DNA from: an uncultured Clostridia bacterium
GTDB taxonomy: Bacteria; Bacillota; Clostridia; TANB77; CAG-508
Length of the DNA: 64,000 nucleotides
Direction: 5' to 3'
NCBI GenBank assembly: GCA_948891265.1
Contig: CAQUBD010000004.1
Coordinates: 4,223 to 68,222 of the forward strand
Shown: positions 1 to 9,733 of the stretch, piece by piece
Position numbering within the stretch: the stretch's first letter is position 1
Layout: each line of letters starts with the position of its first letter
Made by a program: the position numbers and the translations under genes
The notes under the pieces: generated by a model
Told to the model about the DNA's origin: nothing
What the model saw: only the letters and a program-made list of their open reading frames with translations
Database searches by the model: none

Positions 1-43
1 CTGTTATTCCATTATCTAATTCTATTATTTTTTGTATAGCCAT
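1..43 (-). CDS. 5' end (14 codons, MAIQKIIELDNGIT..) of an unidentified gene continuing beyond the window edge, directly downstream of the tail-fibre gene
   Basis: ATG at 43-41 with GGAGGG 5 nt upstream on the minus strand; too short to assign. Confidence 0.3.
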   Translation of the reverse strand, partial: MAIQKIIELDNGIT

Positions 44-53
44 ATTTTCCCTC

Positions 54-2471
54 CTATTTATATCCTAAAATTTTTATTACCTTCATATAATTTGAAATTC
101 CTCCTACATGGGATCCTGAGCCATGATTTAGATTCACATATGCATTATTTTTAAATGTAACACTAGTTCCGCTAATGGTTAGCATAGTAAAAATGAATTG
201 CATTACATTTGATGCTGTAAAAATATCAACACAAGCATGAGATGCAGTTTTTCCATTAGGATTTATAACTCTACAAGTTGAAATATTGCCATTTCTACTT
301 AATATACTTATATCTAAATAAGCAAAGTTAGCTGCTGTTTGAGATAGTGTTATTGTTCCTGTTGTTCCAGATGTGTTATTATATAGTGTAGTAGGTTTTG
401 CTTGTATCTCGCCTTGATGACAATACGTTAAGTTTGAATTATTACTACTATTATAAGCACCATTCCAATATGTTAAAAAGCTCATTGTAGGAAAATAGCT
501 TTGATTTGTATTATAATTAGTATGTGTTTTTGAAGATGCACTTTTTATACCATCTATCGCACAGTTATTTACATATACTTTTGATCCGTCCGAATATACT
601 AACCATTTTTTTAATTTATCACTATATACTCCATGATTTGTTCCACTCGCTCCAACTCCAAATGCAACTTGAGTACCAGTATCACTTCTCTTTGAGTAGT
701 AAAAAGTATCTGTATCAGAATCGTTTCTTATTATACTTACGCAACTTTTAAACAAAGCCTTCCCATTAACTTGCAATTTACTTTCATCATCTGCATTATA
801 TTTTTGTCCTATCGCTATATTATTTTTATATACTGCAATAGCTGGATTTCCACTACCTAAGGTAATTGTATATGTTGCTGATGATAATTCATCTGCTAAA
901 ATTAATTGTATATTATATGAATTTGATACATTAAATCCCTCAGCGCCTAAATCTCCTTTTATAACCACATTTCCTGTAATCTTATTTCCAGAAATTGTAT
1001 ATGTAAGAGTTGTTCCTCCATCTATATATTCTGAACTCGTTGTATTTTTATATTTATATACACATGATTTAATAGTATTTGTCACTGATCCAAAGTTATC
1101 ATTCCAGAATTGACCTTCAAATTTTAATGTCACTTTTGCTCCTATATTATTTTCTCTTATTGCTTGCATAGAAACAATTTTTATATTTGAATAGTTTTTT
1201 ATAGTTGCGTTTTTGCTAATTTTAGTACTGTTTACTCTACTATCTGTTGCATACATATCTATAACATTACTGTCAATTGCCTTTATTGTTAAATTTACAT
1301 CTGTATTGCTACTATAATCTTCTTTCTTACTTTGGTTTCCTATTGACATTCTATAACTCTTCATTGTAGAACTATTTTTAGCAATAGCTTTATTTTCTGT
1401 ACTTATTGTACCTTTTACATTTGAATATCCTTTTATTAATATCTGACTATTTCCTGTTAATAATGTAGTTTTACAATTAGTATCTTCATATGTAAAGTCA
1501 CTAAATGTTGGGTCACTATTTATTACTGTAAATACACAATCTTTATAATTTGTATAACTTATATTGTTTGCAGTTGTTGTAATAATATATCTTAGTGTTA
1601 TATTTTTAGAGTCTGGTACTAATGCATATATTGCACTTGCTGTTGGTGTAATACTTTTACTTGTTCCTGTAACATTTCCATAATTTATTACCTGTGTTCC
1701 ATCTGTTTTGCATAGTTTTAATGAAGTTGTGCTACCACTTGGGTTATTCCAATTTATTGTGTGATTATTTCCTATATCTATATTTGGAGTAGATATTAAC
1801 CTTGCTATATCATAAGTTGTAATAGAAATTGCATTAGTTTCTGTCCATAATTGATTATCTGTTCTTTTTAATCTTATTTTTATACTATATGTAGTATTTG
1901 GAGATAAATTATAAATTGTAAAATTTCCACTTTTATTATCACTTGCAACAGTATCCCCAGCAGGTGTCCAATTCCCACCATTAAGACTATATGCCGTAAA
2001 ATCCCTTGGATGGCTTGAGCTCCATGAAAATGTCAAACTATTTACAGTTTTACTTTTTAAGGAAAAATTATTTATTGATAAATACCTTTGTATTGTTGTT
2101 AGTGAGACATTTGCACTAGCAGAGCCAGACTTAGGTCCCCATCCACTGCCATTTGGTAGTGCTGATGAAGAACTAATATTAATAGTTTTAGAACCATTGT
2201 TATTATGAGTAACAGTTGTGCTTCCACTCACTAATGCTACTGTAGTACCTGGTGCTAAGTTTATATTTAATGTATTACTAAATGTTTGTCCGTTTATTGA
2301 TAGTGTTGATGTTTTATTATTCTCATATGATGTATGTGAATTACATTTAACATATACTGTAGCAGAAACAATAGAGCTATTATTAGCAATACTTACATTG
2401 CTTTCATTCCAATCAATCCAATACTCATATGCATCAGATTTTTGAGTTACACTTCCATTAATTCGTCCCAT
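54..2471 (-). CDS. phage tail fibre / receptor-binding protein (~805 aa) with an FN3-like segment
   Basis: Long last ORF of a tail module. S/T/N/G-rich beta-type composition; FN3-like stretch LTFSWSSSHP..TTYSIKIRLKR. ATG at 2471 (MGRINGS..) preferred over the track start 2498 because AGGAGG lies 6 nt upstream and it abuts the stop of the preceding gene. Confidence 0.6.
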   Translation of the reverse strand: MGRINGSVTQKSDAYEYWIDWNESNVSIANNSSIVSATVYVKCNSHTSYENNKTSTLSINGQTFSNTLNINLAPGTTVALVSGSTTVTHNNNGSKTINISSSSALPNGSGWGPKSGSASANVSLTTIQRYLSINNFSLKSKTVNSLTFSWSSSHPRDFTAYSLNGGNWTPAGDTVASDNKSGNFTIYNLSPNTTYSIKIRLKRTDNQLWTETNAISITTYDIARLISTPNIDIGNNHTINWNNPSGSTTSLKLCKTDGTQVINYGNVTGTSKSITPTASAIYALVPDSKNITLRYIITTTANNISYTNYKDCVFTVINSDPTFSDFTYEDTNCKTTLLTGNSQILIKGYSNVKGTISTENKAIAKNSSTMKSYRMSIGNQSKKEDYSSNTDVNLTIKAIDSNVIDMYATDSRVNSTKISKNATIKNYSNIKIVSMQAIRENNIGAKVTLKFEGQFWNDNFGSVTNTIKSCVYKYKNTTSSEYIDGGTTLTYTISGNKITGNVVIKGDLGAEGFNVSNSYNIQLILADELSSATYTITLGSGNPAIAVYKNNIAIGQKYNADDESKLQVNGKALFKSCVSIIRNDSDTDTFYYSKRSDTGTQVAFGVGASGTNHGVYSDKLKKWLVYSDGSKVYVNNCAIDGIKSASSKTHTNYNTNQSYFPTMSFLTYWNGAYNSSNNSNLTYCHQGEIQAKPTTLYNNTSGTTGTITLSQTAANFAYLDISILSRNGNISTCRVINPNGKTASHACVDIFTASNVMQFIFTMLTISGTSVTFKNNAYVNLNHGSGSHVGGISNYMKVIKILGYK

Positions 2472-2473
2472 TT

Positions 2474-4373
2474 TTATCCTCCTATTCCTGTTAACCATAT
2501 TTGGTTTCCAACTTTTTGAATAAATAAATCATTAATTTTTGCTTCGTTTTTTACTTCTAAGTTCTTTGCATAAACGCCTTTATCTGTCATTTCTGCAACT
2601 CTTTCATCTGTTGTTTCATTAAATGTTTTATTTCCATTTGCATCTATTCTTGTATATACATTTGAAGAAGTACTTTCTACCTTTATACCTTTTCCTATTG
2701 TTACTGTTTCTGTTATTGTTTCATTAGGGTTTTGGCTCCATACTACTTTGTCTGTACCATTTGCTACCATTAAATCTGCTATTAAAAATGAGTTGTCTGT
2801 ATCTGTTCCAATTTTAATTTCTATAGCATTTGATGTTACTTCTATTGTATATACTTTTTCTTGCCACTCATTTATATTTTCTGTATCTAAATTATATTGT
2901 GTTTCATTTATTTCTATATATCCTGCTGCTAATTCAATAAGTTTTTTATACAAAAAGCTTATTGTGTATGTTCCATTTTTTACAACTTGTTTTTGAGTTG
3001 CTATTCCATTTTTTGTCTTATATGCCATTTTACTTACTGTATTTTGATCTACATCTGTATGTGTATATTTTTCTATTCCTAAATTTCCATTTTCTTCTGT
3101 ATTCCAATAGTCCAAATTACAATAAAATATATTATTTCCACCTGTTATAGTAAAATTATTTATTGTACCATTTATTGTTTGTTTTAATTCATTTATTTGT
3201 TCTTTAACTTCATCTTTACTTGCTACTGTTGATGTAAAACTATCAATTGTTTGTTCATGTTGACTTAATTTTTCTTCATGTTCTGTTGTTTCTTGAACTA
3301 ATTGTGCTATTTTTCCATCCACTTCATTAATTCTACTTTGTACTTTTCTATTTATTACATTTTGTTTTTCTTTTTTTACTGTTGTTTCTTGCTTTTGCTT
3401 AATATTTATTTTACTTTTTATACCTGCAATAAATCTTCCTGCTAAACTCATTTCTCCTTGATATATTATAGCTTTTCCATCTATTACAATTTTATCTCCT
3501 ACATCTATTGTAGGGTCTATAATAGCTTCTCCTTCAAAACTATTTATTACTAATCCATTTATTTCATTATAGATATTTTCTATTTGTTCTTCATCTACTA
3601 TGTATATATTATCTTGATTTATCCATAAATTATTTCTTGTTTCATCTCCATATTTAAAGCTTCTTATTCCATCTTCATAAGATACTTTAGAAATTTTAAA
3701 TTCTTCTCCCCATTTGAATGTTTTAAATAATTCTAATGGTATTGTAGCTTCATCTTCACATATCTTTTTAAAATAAAGTTTTCCATCTCTCCCTATAACA
3801 GCGAATCCCCCAGCACATTCGGCAATATACCCTATATATTCTCTTGCTGTTATTTGATTATCATATACTGTTATTTGACTGTCAGAATTAAGAAAAGAGT
3901 TGGAACCGCAATTTTAACCCTTTTTTGTTACATATATCTTGTGCAATTTGTTTTAATGTTGCATATCCATTTTCATTAATTACTTCACTAGCATCATAAT
4001 ATCCATCATTTGCATTTAATTTAATCATATTATCTAATGCTTTAATGTTTATTATATTTTCATCTTCTTCATCAAAGTCATCTACATTGTATATTCCAAT
4101 AGGTATTATTTCAAAGTCTTCACCTATTAATACTCCATATTCTACCCTTATTTGTTTTGGAACCCCAATATTTGCTTTTTTATGTATTTGTAATTCTATA
4201 TATTGACATGGCGTTACTCCTAATTCCAATTCGTTATCAAATAATGTATTGCCCACTTTAAAACTGGTTATATAATTTGAATTTACTAATATCTCATCAA
4301 AATATACATTTATTATGGATTGATTGTTTTTATATATATTTTCATACCAATTATCACTTACATTTTTATACAT
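2474..4373 (-). CDS. Tal-like phage minor structural / tail-associated protein, ~632 aa if the break at the in-frame CGG (3906-3908) is bypassed by +1; otherwise a pseudogene
   Basis: Track ORFs 3888-4373 and 2474-3451 plus the ATG-less open stretch 3452-3905 become one frame when the C of TTG-CGG-TTC is skipped (..KKGLKL-G-SNSFLNSDSQITVYDN..). Frame arithmetic checked (3907 and 3451 are congruent mod 3). N-terminus resembles the siphovirus minor structural protein N-terminal region. Confidence 0.6.
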
Positions 4374-4786
4374 TATTTGCCCCCTGTACTGCTTGTTTTT
4401 GAGATTGAGTTAACTTTTTTTGTACCATATTAAAAGATACTTGCCAATATGATTTGGAAGTATCTTCATCTAATCCTGTTCTATGCATTTTTGATTTTCT
4501 TTTACTCACTCTAAATTCAGCGTTTTCTAAAATTCCTCCGTGGAATACTTGGTGTCTTTATTGTAATTATCATTGGATTTTGATATGTAGCTTGTAATAA
4601 TTCTTCTGCTTCTTCTTCTGTTAAGTAATCCCAACTCATATTACAATTTAACATTCCTATTGCTATTGGGTTATCTATTAATGAACCATCTACTATTGAT
4701 GAATAACTATCTTTGTCTGTATCTTCTATATCATCATCATAACTTGATGGTGTTTTCATTACTTTTCCATTTAATTTCCATAACAT
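4366..4786 (-). CDS. small phage tail component in the Dit position, ~139 aa if the in-frame CGG at 4538-4540 is bypassed by +1
   Basis: Track ORF 4517-4786 terminates a few codons after CCA-CGG-AGG. Skipping the C gives ..TPSIP-G-GILENAEFRVSKRKSKMHRTGLDEDTSKSYWQVSFNMVQKKLTQSQKQAVQGANNV, whose TAA overlaps the ATG of the next gene (ATGTATAA). Confidence 0.5.
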
Positions 4787-4843
4787 ATTTTTAACCTCCC
4801 TTTTACAAATTTATTTAATAAAAAATGAAGGGCTGTAAAAACT

Positions 4844-4885
4844 AAAAAATCATTGAATTTACATATGTATTTTCAATGATTTTTA
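4844..4885. terminator. bidirectional hairpin terminator after the 4914-5393 gene
   Basis: Stem ATCATTGAA (4849-4857) / TTCAATGAT (4872-4880), flanked by an A-run and a T-run. Confidence 0.55.
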
Positions 4886-4913
4886 TTATTTAATTTACAA
4901 CCGTACTTCATTT

Positions 4914-5393
4914 TTATAATAATTCTTGTTTCTTTTTATCAAATTCATCTTGTGAAATTATTCCTTCATCTAATAATTTCTTAAATTTCATTATTTCATC
5001 TGCGCTAGAAATATTATTTACATTTGCATTTTTTCCTTTTTGTATCTTTTCTAGTATATAATTATATATCTCTTCTGATTTTTTTGGAATTTCTTTATTA
5101 AATGCTCTTAATATTAATGTATTTGGGTCTTTAGCTGCATTAGCTGTTGTCATTCCTAACTTTCCAACCCCCTGATTTATTTCTTGTGTTCCTGCAGCAA
5201 TAAATTTTATATATCCATTTGCCATAATAGTCGGTTTTCTATATTCTATCGCTGTTAGGTCATTATAAAAAAATGTTTTATCTCCTTTTAGACTTTGTGA
5301 AATAAATCCTCCAAATGTATTTCTTGATATAACTACCTTATCTTCATATACCTTTAATATCCCATTAGTACATTTTAATATAAAAGTTTCCAT
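4914..5393 (-). CDS. PH-like/SHOCT-domain protein; non-structural cargo (moron) inside the tail module
   Basis: C-terminal SHOCT-like motif SADEIMKFKKLLDEGIISQDEFDKKKQELL. GGAGGG precedes the ATG at 5393 (METFILK..); the track start 5429 lacks an RBS. Flanked by non-coding gaps and its own terminator. Confidence 0.5.
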   Translation of the reverse strand: METFILKCTNGILKVYEDKVVISRNTFGGFISQSLKGDKTFFYNDLTAIEYRKPTIMANGYIKFIAAGTQEINQGVGKLGMTTANAAKDPNTLILRAFNKEIPKKSEEIYNYILEKIQKGKNANVNNISSADEIMKFKKLLDEGIISQDEFDKKKQELL

Positions 5394-5440
5394 ATATAAT
5401 CCCTCCTGATAGAATGATACCACACTCATCTATCAAAATT

Positions 5441-5457
5441 TGTCGAAATTTGTAATC
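5441..5457 (+). promoter_or_regulatory. tandem Spo0A-box-like direct repeat TGTCGAA-ATT-TGTAATC, 48 nt upstream of the 4914-5393 gene
   Basis: Exact 0A-box heptamer TGTCGAA followed after 3 nt by a degenerate second box; same architecture at 8849-8865 and 42504-42520. Confidence 0.35.
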
Positions 5458-5547
5458 TCTTAATTTTTTAGTTTAAATATTATAACTTATCTTTAAATAA
5501 ATCTAAAACATTACAAAATGTAGTCACTTTTTAATGTATATTCTCAA

Positions 5548-5787
5548 TTATCTATATACTATTAAAGTTTCGTATGAAAGCCCTTGAGTTCCACCTATTT
5601 CTAATTTAATATCTAATATTTCATAACCTTCATTTTGTATAAATTCAATTACTTCATTTACTTTTTCAGTATATGCTATTTCTGGTTTATTACCATTTGT
5701 AATTCCCGTATGTATTAGAATTATGTGCTTATTTCCATCTTTAGGTTTTAAGTTTATTTCTGTATTAGAATTCTTTTTATCAAACAT
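5548..5787 (-). CDS. hypothetical 79-aa protein (second cargo gene between tape measure and distal tail genes)
   Basis: ORF only; no recognisable motif. Confidence 0.35.
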   Translation of the reverse strand: MFDKKNSNTEINLKPKDGNKHIILIHTGITNGNKPEIAYTEKVNEVIEFIQNEGYEILDIKLEIGGTQGLSYETLIVYR

Positions 5788-5884
5788 ATAATATCACCTC
5801 TTTTTTAAGATACTATACCGCAAATTATTTGTCAAGTTATATTCAACAATAATATTTAAATTTTATTATAATGTTGTAAAACAT

Positions 5885-7852
5885 TTAAGTTGCCCTTATT
5901 ACACATTTTCCAGTTTTTCTGGTCTTCTCATTTATATAGTCTATTGTATCATCAAATATTTCTTTCCCCATATAATAAATACTTAAATGCTGTTGACTAT
6001 TACTATTATAGAAGTTAGTATCTTCTATTGCTTTTCTCATTGTATCATACATTATATTTTGTGGAGTTACAATTTCAGGATTACTTCTAGCTCCTAAATA
6101 TTCTCCTGCTAATACTGCTGTTGGTCGTGTTATTACGCCACCTTTAGCTAATCTTGGTAGTGAGATTGTACTTATTTGTAAATTTATTGGATCTAACCCT
6201 ATTAAAGAACCTATTGCATTTGCTACATTACTAATACCACTTAATAATTTATTTATTCCTCTAATTGTTCCATTTACAAATCCTTCAATTCCTCCTAGTA
6301 TAAAGTTTATTACTGTTCTAATCCCATTCCAAATGCCATTCCATACTTTATTTACAACATTTGAAATTGTATTCCATACTGTTGACCATATTTCTTGTAT
6401 TTTTGCTAAAACAAACTTTATTGTTTCCCAAACTTTATTTATTATTGGCGATATAATATTCCATATTCCCTGAAATACTTTTGAAATCAATTGCCATATC
6501 CAATTAAATATCTGTGAAAATATATTCCAAATTGAATTTAATATAGATGATATTATATTCCAGATAGCTTGAAATATAGTTGATATAACTTGCCAAATTT
6601 CATTCATAATTGATGATATTATATTCCAGATTGTCTCAAATACTTGAGATACTCTCTCCCACAATTGTATTAAATATTGTTTTATTGGTTCAATCGCATT
6701 TGAAACAGCATTTTTTATTGTTTCCCATGCATTTGAAATTGCATTTTTTATTTCGTCCCAATGAGTTATACATAATACTATTATTGCTATTAATGCCATA
6801 ATTGCAATAATAATCCATGTAATTGGTGAACTCCAAATCTCCATATTTAATATCTGTTGAGCTGCACTCCATATTCCTATTGCCACTGATACTATTCCTA
6901 TTGCGGTCGCAATAGCTAGCAATATCTCTGCAACAATTGGATTTTCTGCTAACCATTTAAATATATTTACTAATCCATCTAAAATGCCTAGTGCTACATC
7001 CCCTATGTTTTGCCCAACATTTGATAATACATCTATTAATGGTTGCCAATTAACTTGCGATATTTTTTCTGATATCTCTCTAAATTTATCTGAACAAGTT
7101 TTTAACCAATTTTGAAATCCTTCACTTTTAACTACATTATCAATAGCTCCTAATAGATTATTTAGAGAATCTGATAGATTTTTTACAATTGTATCTCCAT
7201 TTCCATTATAATCTAATGCAAGAGTAAAAGAACGATCAAAAATTCCCGTTACTGATGTTTTTAATCCATCCATTTGCCCTGATGTTAGTTTTACTTGTTC
7301 TATTATTCCACTAAAGGAATTTTTGCAACTATCTTTTAATGGACTAAAAATCCCTGACAATTTTCCCGTTAGTGGCATAATTTGACTTGTTATAGCTCCT
7401 GATATATTACTTATTTGAGAAAAAATATCTTGTCCTGAATTTTCTTTTTCTCCTAATGCATCTCCTTTTAGTTTTTCTGAAGGTAAGATTATTTTATTTG
7501 TATCAACCTCTACCTCACCTTTTATTTTTAATTTCATTTCTCGAGAATTTATTTTTTCTTGTAAACTATTAATTTCTTTTTGTACTTGACTTATCTGTTT
7601 TTGAGCCTCTTTATTATTAACTGTTAATTTTATAATATTATTCTGATTTGACTTTTTCAAGTCTTCCATTTTATTTCTTATAATTTGTACAGCATTTTTT
7701 ACATTATTTGTCATTCCTTTAGTGTCCATTTTATTAAAACTTTCTTGGACTTCTTGTACAATTTTTTGGACTTCTGGTACTATTTTTTTGAACTCTTTAA
7801 TGGCATTTTCTACTTTTGCTGTTACAATAATTTCTATATTTTCTTTACTCAT
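5885..7852 (-). CDS. phage tail tape measure protein (~655 aa)
   Basis: N-terminal coiled coil, central hydrophobic segments, long W-x10 hendecad repeat region, position after the chaperone pair. ATG at 7852 (MSKENIEI..) follows AAAGGAGG. Confidence 0.8.
   Translation of the reverse strand: MSKENIEIIVTAKVENAIKEFKKIVPEVQKIVQEVQESFNKMDTKGMTNNVKNAVQIIRNKMEDLKKSNQNNIIKLTVNNKEAQKQISQVQKEINSLQEKINSREMKLKIKGEVEVDTNKIILPSEKLKGDALGEKENSGQDIFSQISNISGAITSQIMPLTGKLSGIFSPLKDSCKNSFSGIIEQVKLTSGQMDGLKTSVTGIFDRSFTLALDYNGNGDTIVKNLSDSLNNLLGAIDNVVKSEGFQNWLKTCSDKFREISEKISQVNWQPLIDVLSNVGQNIGDVALGILDGLVNIFKWLAENPIVAEILLAIATAIGIVSVAIGIWSAAQQILNMEIWSSPITWIIIAIMALIAIIVLCITHWDEIKNAISNAWETIKNAVSNAIEPIKQYLIQLWERVSQVFETIWNIISSIMNEIWQVISTIFQAIWNIISSILNSIWNIFSQIFNWIWQLISKVFQGIWNIISPIINKVWETIKFVLAKIQEIWSTVWNTISNVVNKVWNGIWNGIRTVINFILGGIEGFVNGTIRGINKLLSGISNVANAIGSLIGLDPINLQISTISLPRLAKGGVITRPTAVLAGEYLGARSNPEIVTPQNIMYDTMRKAIEDTNFYNSNSQQHLSIYYMGKEIFDDTIDYINEKTRKTGKCVIRAT
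6320..6727 (-). repeat. degenerate 33-bp (11-aa) tandem repeats inside the tape measure gene
   Basis: WNIISSIMNEI WQVISTIFQAI WNIISSILNSI WNIFSQIFNWI WQLISKVFQGI WNIISPIINKV ..: Trp recurs every 11 residues about ten times. Confidence 0.8.
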
Positions 7853-7932
7853 AATATTTCCTCCTTTCATTATTTTTGTTTGCTCTTAAAAAATTGCTTA
7901 GCAATTTTTATCCAGAAAACTTTCATATTAAT

Positions 7933-8060
7933 AGAACAAATCGGAAGGCTAATAAATTTGTAGTATGTTATTTAAAACTATAAATTTTAATTAATAATAA
8001 ACTATAAATAGCAAAGCTTTCCGTAAATTTGTTCATGTGCGAATTTTTCGTTAGAAAATT
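7933..8060. repeat. 128-bp palindromic intergenic element, copy A (MITE/REP-like)
   Basis: Matches 27842-27969 with about 5 mismatches. Imperfect terminal inverted repeats GAACAAATCGGAAGGCT / AGCTTTCCGTAAATTTGTTC enclose an AT-rich ~70-nt core. Confidence 0.8.
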
Positions 8061-8223
8061 TCTGTACAATTAAGTTTTATATAATATGAAAGTATGACTT
8101 TTCTATTATATAAAAAAACACCTACAAAAGTAAGTGCTTCTTATTCATAGATTTCTTAGATTTTCATATAAATTTTCTGATGATTTTTCATATTCTTTAT
8201 CAAATAATCCCATACTATCTTCT

Positions 8224-8787
8224 CTATAATTTAATTTTCAATTCTTTTGAACTCCAAATGCTATCGCTATATACTAATGTTAAATTAGTATCTCCTATAG
8301 GTTGTTCAAATGCTATTGTTCCTGAAACTTTACCACCTGGAATCAATTCTCCACTTTGTAAAGAACTGTCACTATTTACAGTTGTAAAAGTCATACTTTC
8401 TTGTTGTCCTTGTGAATTTTGCATTTTGAAATAATATGGATTGTAACTTAAATTTTTACTTCCTTTATTTTCAATTGTTACATTCACTATAACAAATTCT
8501 TTTCCACTTTTAGGTTTATCAAATTGAGTTCCTTGTGATATTTGTACATCAGTTACAGTAATAGCACCATTACCTAATATAGCTTCTTCTCCTTTGTTAA
8601 ATTCAGTTTTCTCATTTTGCTTTTTATTTTCTGTCGAAGATGATGGTGCTGATGATGTTGATGGTTCTGTTGAATTATTATTTGAACTATATACGACTGC
8701 AACTATAATAATTATTAATATTACCCAAAACCACCATTTCTTGTAAATTGGTTTCTTTTGTTTTTGATTCCCTTGTTCTTTCTCCAT
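8224..8787 (-). CDS. membrane-anchored DUF4352-like protein (cargo gene between chaperones and tape measure)
   Basis: N-terminal TM helix (WWFWVILIIIIVAVV), Ser-rich linker, then a beta-rich domain of the DUF4352 type (..FVIVNVTIENKG..GKVSGTIAFE..). Confidence 0.5.
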   Translation of the reverse strand: MEKEQGNQKQKKPIYKKWWFWVILIIIIVAVVYSSNNNSTEPSTSSAPSSSTENKKQNEKTEFNKGEEAILGNGAITVTDVQISQGTQFDKPKSGKEFVIVNVTIENKGSKNLSYNPYYFKMQNSQGQQESMTFTTVNSDSSLQSGELIPGGKVSGTIAFEQPIGDTNLTLVYSDSIWSSKELKIKL

Positions 8788-8848
8788 AAATTTTTCCTCC
8801 TTCTATTTTTATTATATTAGGAGTATACCATTTTTATTTGTAATATTT

Positions 8849-8865
8849 TGTCGAAAATTGTCGAT
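8849..8865 (+). promoter_or_regulatory. tandem Spo0A-box-like direct repeat TGTCGAA-AAT-TGTCGAT, ~62 nt upstream of the 8224-8787 gene
   Basis: Two near-perfect 0A-box heptamers separated by 3 nt. Confidence 0.4.
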
Positions 8866-8878
8866 TGGTTAAGGTTTT

Positions 8879-9085
8879 TTAATTTTTTTTAAACAGTTGA
8901 TTAAAAACTTTCTTTAATGGTACAATTTTAGGTTTTTTATTCATACTATCAGCTTGTATCATTTTATCAGTAACTGCTTCTTGTAAAATAATATTTCTTT
9001 TAAAATCATCTTGAAGTTTTATTAAATTTGCTTGGCAAAACTTATTTATTTCTTTATATGTCATTCTCCAAAAATTATTTGGCAT
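8879..9085 (-). CDS. distal (T-like) part of the tail assembly chaperone, probably expressed as a -1 frameshift extension of the 9172-9624 product
   Basis: The frame of this ORF stays open upstream, without an ATG, across the stop of the preceding ORF and is its -1 frame. Location immediately upstream of the tape measure region. Confidence 0.4.
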   Translation of the reverse strand: MPNNFWRMTYKEINKFCQANLIKLQDDFKRNIILQEAVTDKMIQADSMNKKPKIVPLKKVFNQLFKKN

Positions 9086-9171
9086 TAAACCAAAATAATA
9101 TGAAAGAAGCTCTAGAGAATAAATTAAATCACTTAAATATTTAGCCTCTTTTATATTATTTATAATATCGT

Positions 9172-9624
9172 CTATGCCATATATCCCCTGAATACTTCTT
9201 CTTCCGCTACTTTGCTTATTGCCTTCTCTGCTGAAGATTTTATTATTTCGCTCATATTGACTCCTGATAAAGGATTTGATATCTTCTCTTGTAGCTGTTT
9301 TTTGTTCATTTTTGTTTTGAAAAAACCCTCATCATTAATTATCCCCGCAATTTCATTAAAAATATCTTGGTATGTTTTTTTATTTTCTATTTTATAATCA
9401 TCAATAAAATCATATACATCTTCACTTGATTTAAATGATTTCATTCCTGCTTCATCTTCTGCAAAAACAAATACTATTTTAGACAAAGCATCTAAGTCAT
9501 TTTCATTCATTGCTTTAAAATATAAATCTTCAAAATCTTTTCCTTTTAATATATTTGATATGTTTACTATTTTTCTTGTTGTAAATACTAAATTAATTTT
9601 TTTACTTTTTGTTTCTAATATCAT
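9172..9624 (-). CDS. tail assembly chaperone (G-like), ~150 aa
   Basis: Position between major tail and tape measure genes. ATG at 9624 (MILETKSKK..) follows AAAGGAGAG; the track start 9726 has no RBS. Confidence 0.45.
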   Translation of the reverse strand: MILETKSKKINLVFTTRKIVNISNILKGKDFEDLYFKAMNENDLDALSKIVFVFAEDEAGMKSFKSSEDVYDFIDDYKIENKKTYQDIFNEIAGIINDEGFFKTKMNKKQLQEKISNPLSGVNMSEIIKSSAEKAISKVAEEEVFRGYMA

Positions 9625-9733
9625 CTTTCTTCTCTCCTTTACAAAAGAGAGCAAGCTTTTAACTTGCCCCTTTTTCATGTTATAGGAAAAATCGCAGATT
9701 TTCCTATAATATAAAACATTATACACAGTTTTA

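Noticed and set aside
6690-6956. 88-aa minus-strand ORF in an alternative frame inside the tape measure gene
   Set aside because: Entirely nested in the tape measure reading frame, Cys/Asn-rich nonsense composition, no RBS.
8632-8638. Additional TGTCGAA/TTCGACA heptamers inside coding regions (8632-8638; 32565-32571) as Spo0A sites
   Set aside because: These are single heptamers without the 7-3-7 tandem partner. A handful of such heptamers is expected by chance in 64 kb of this base composition.
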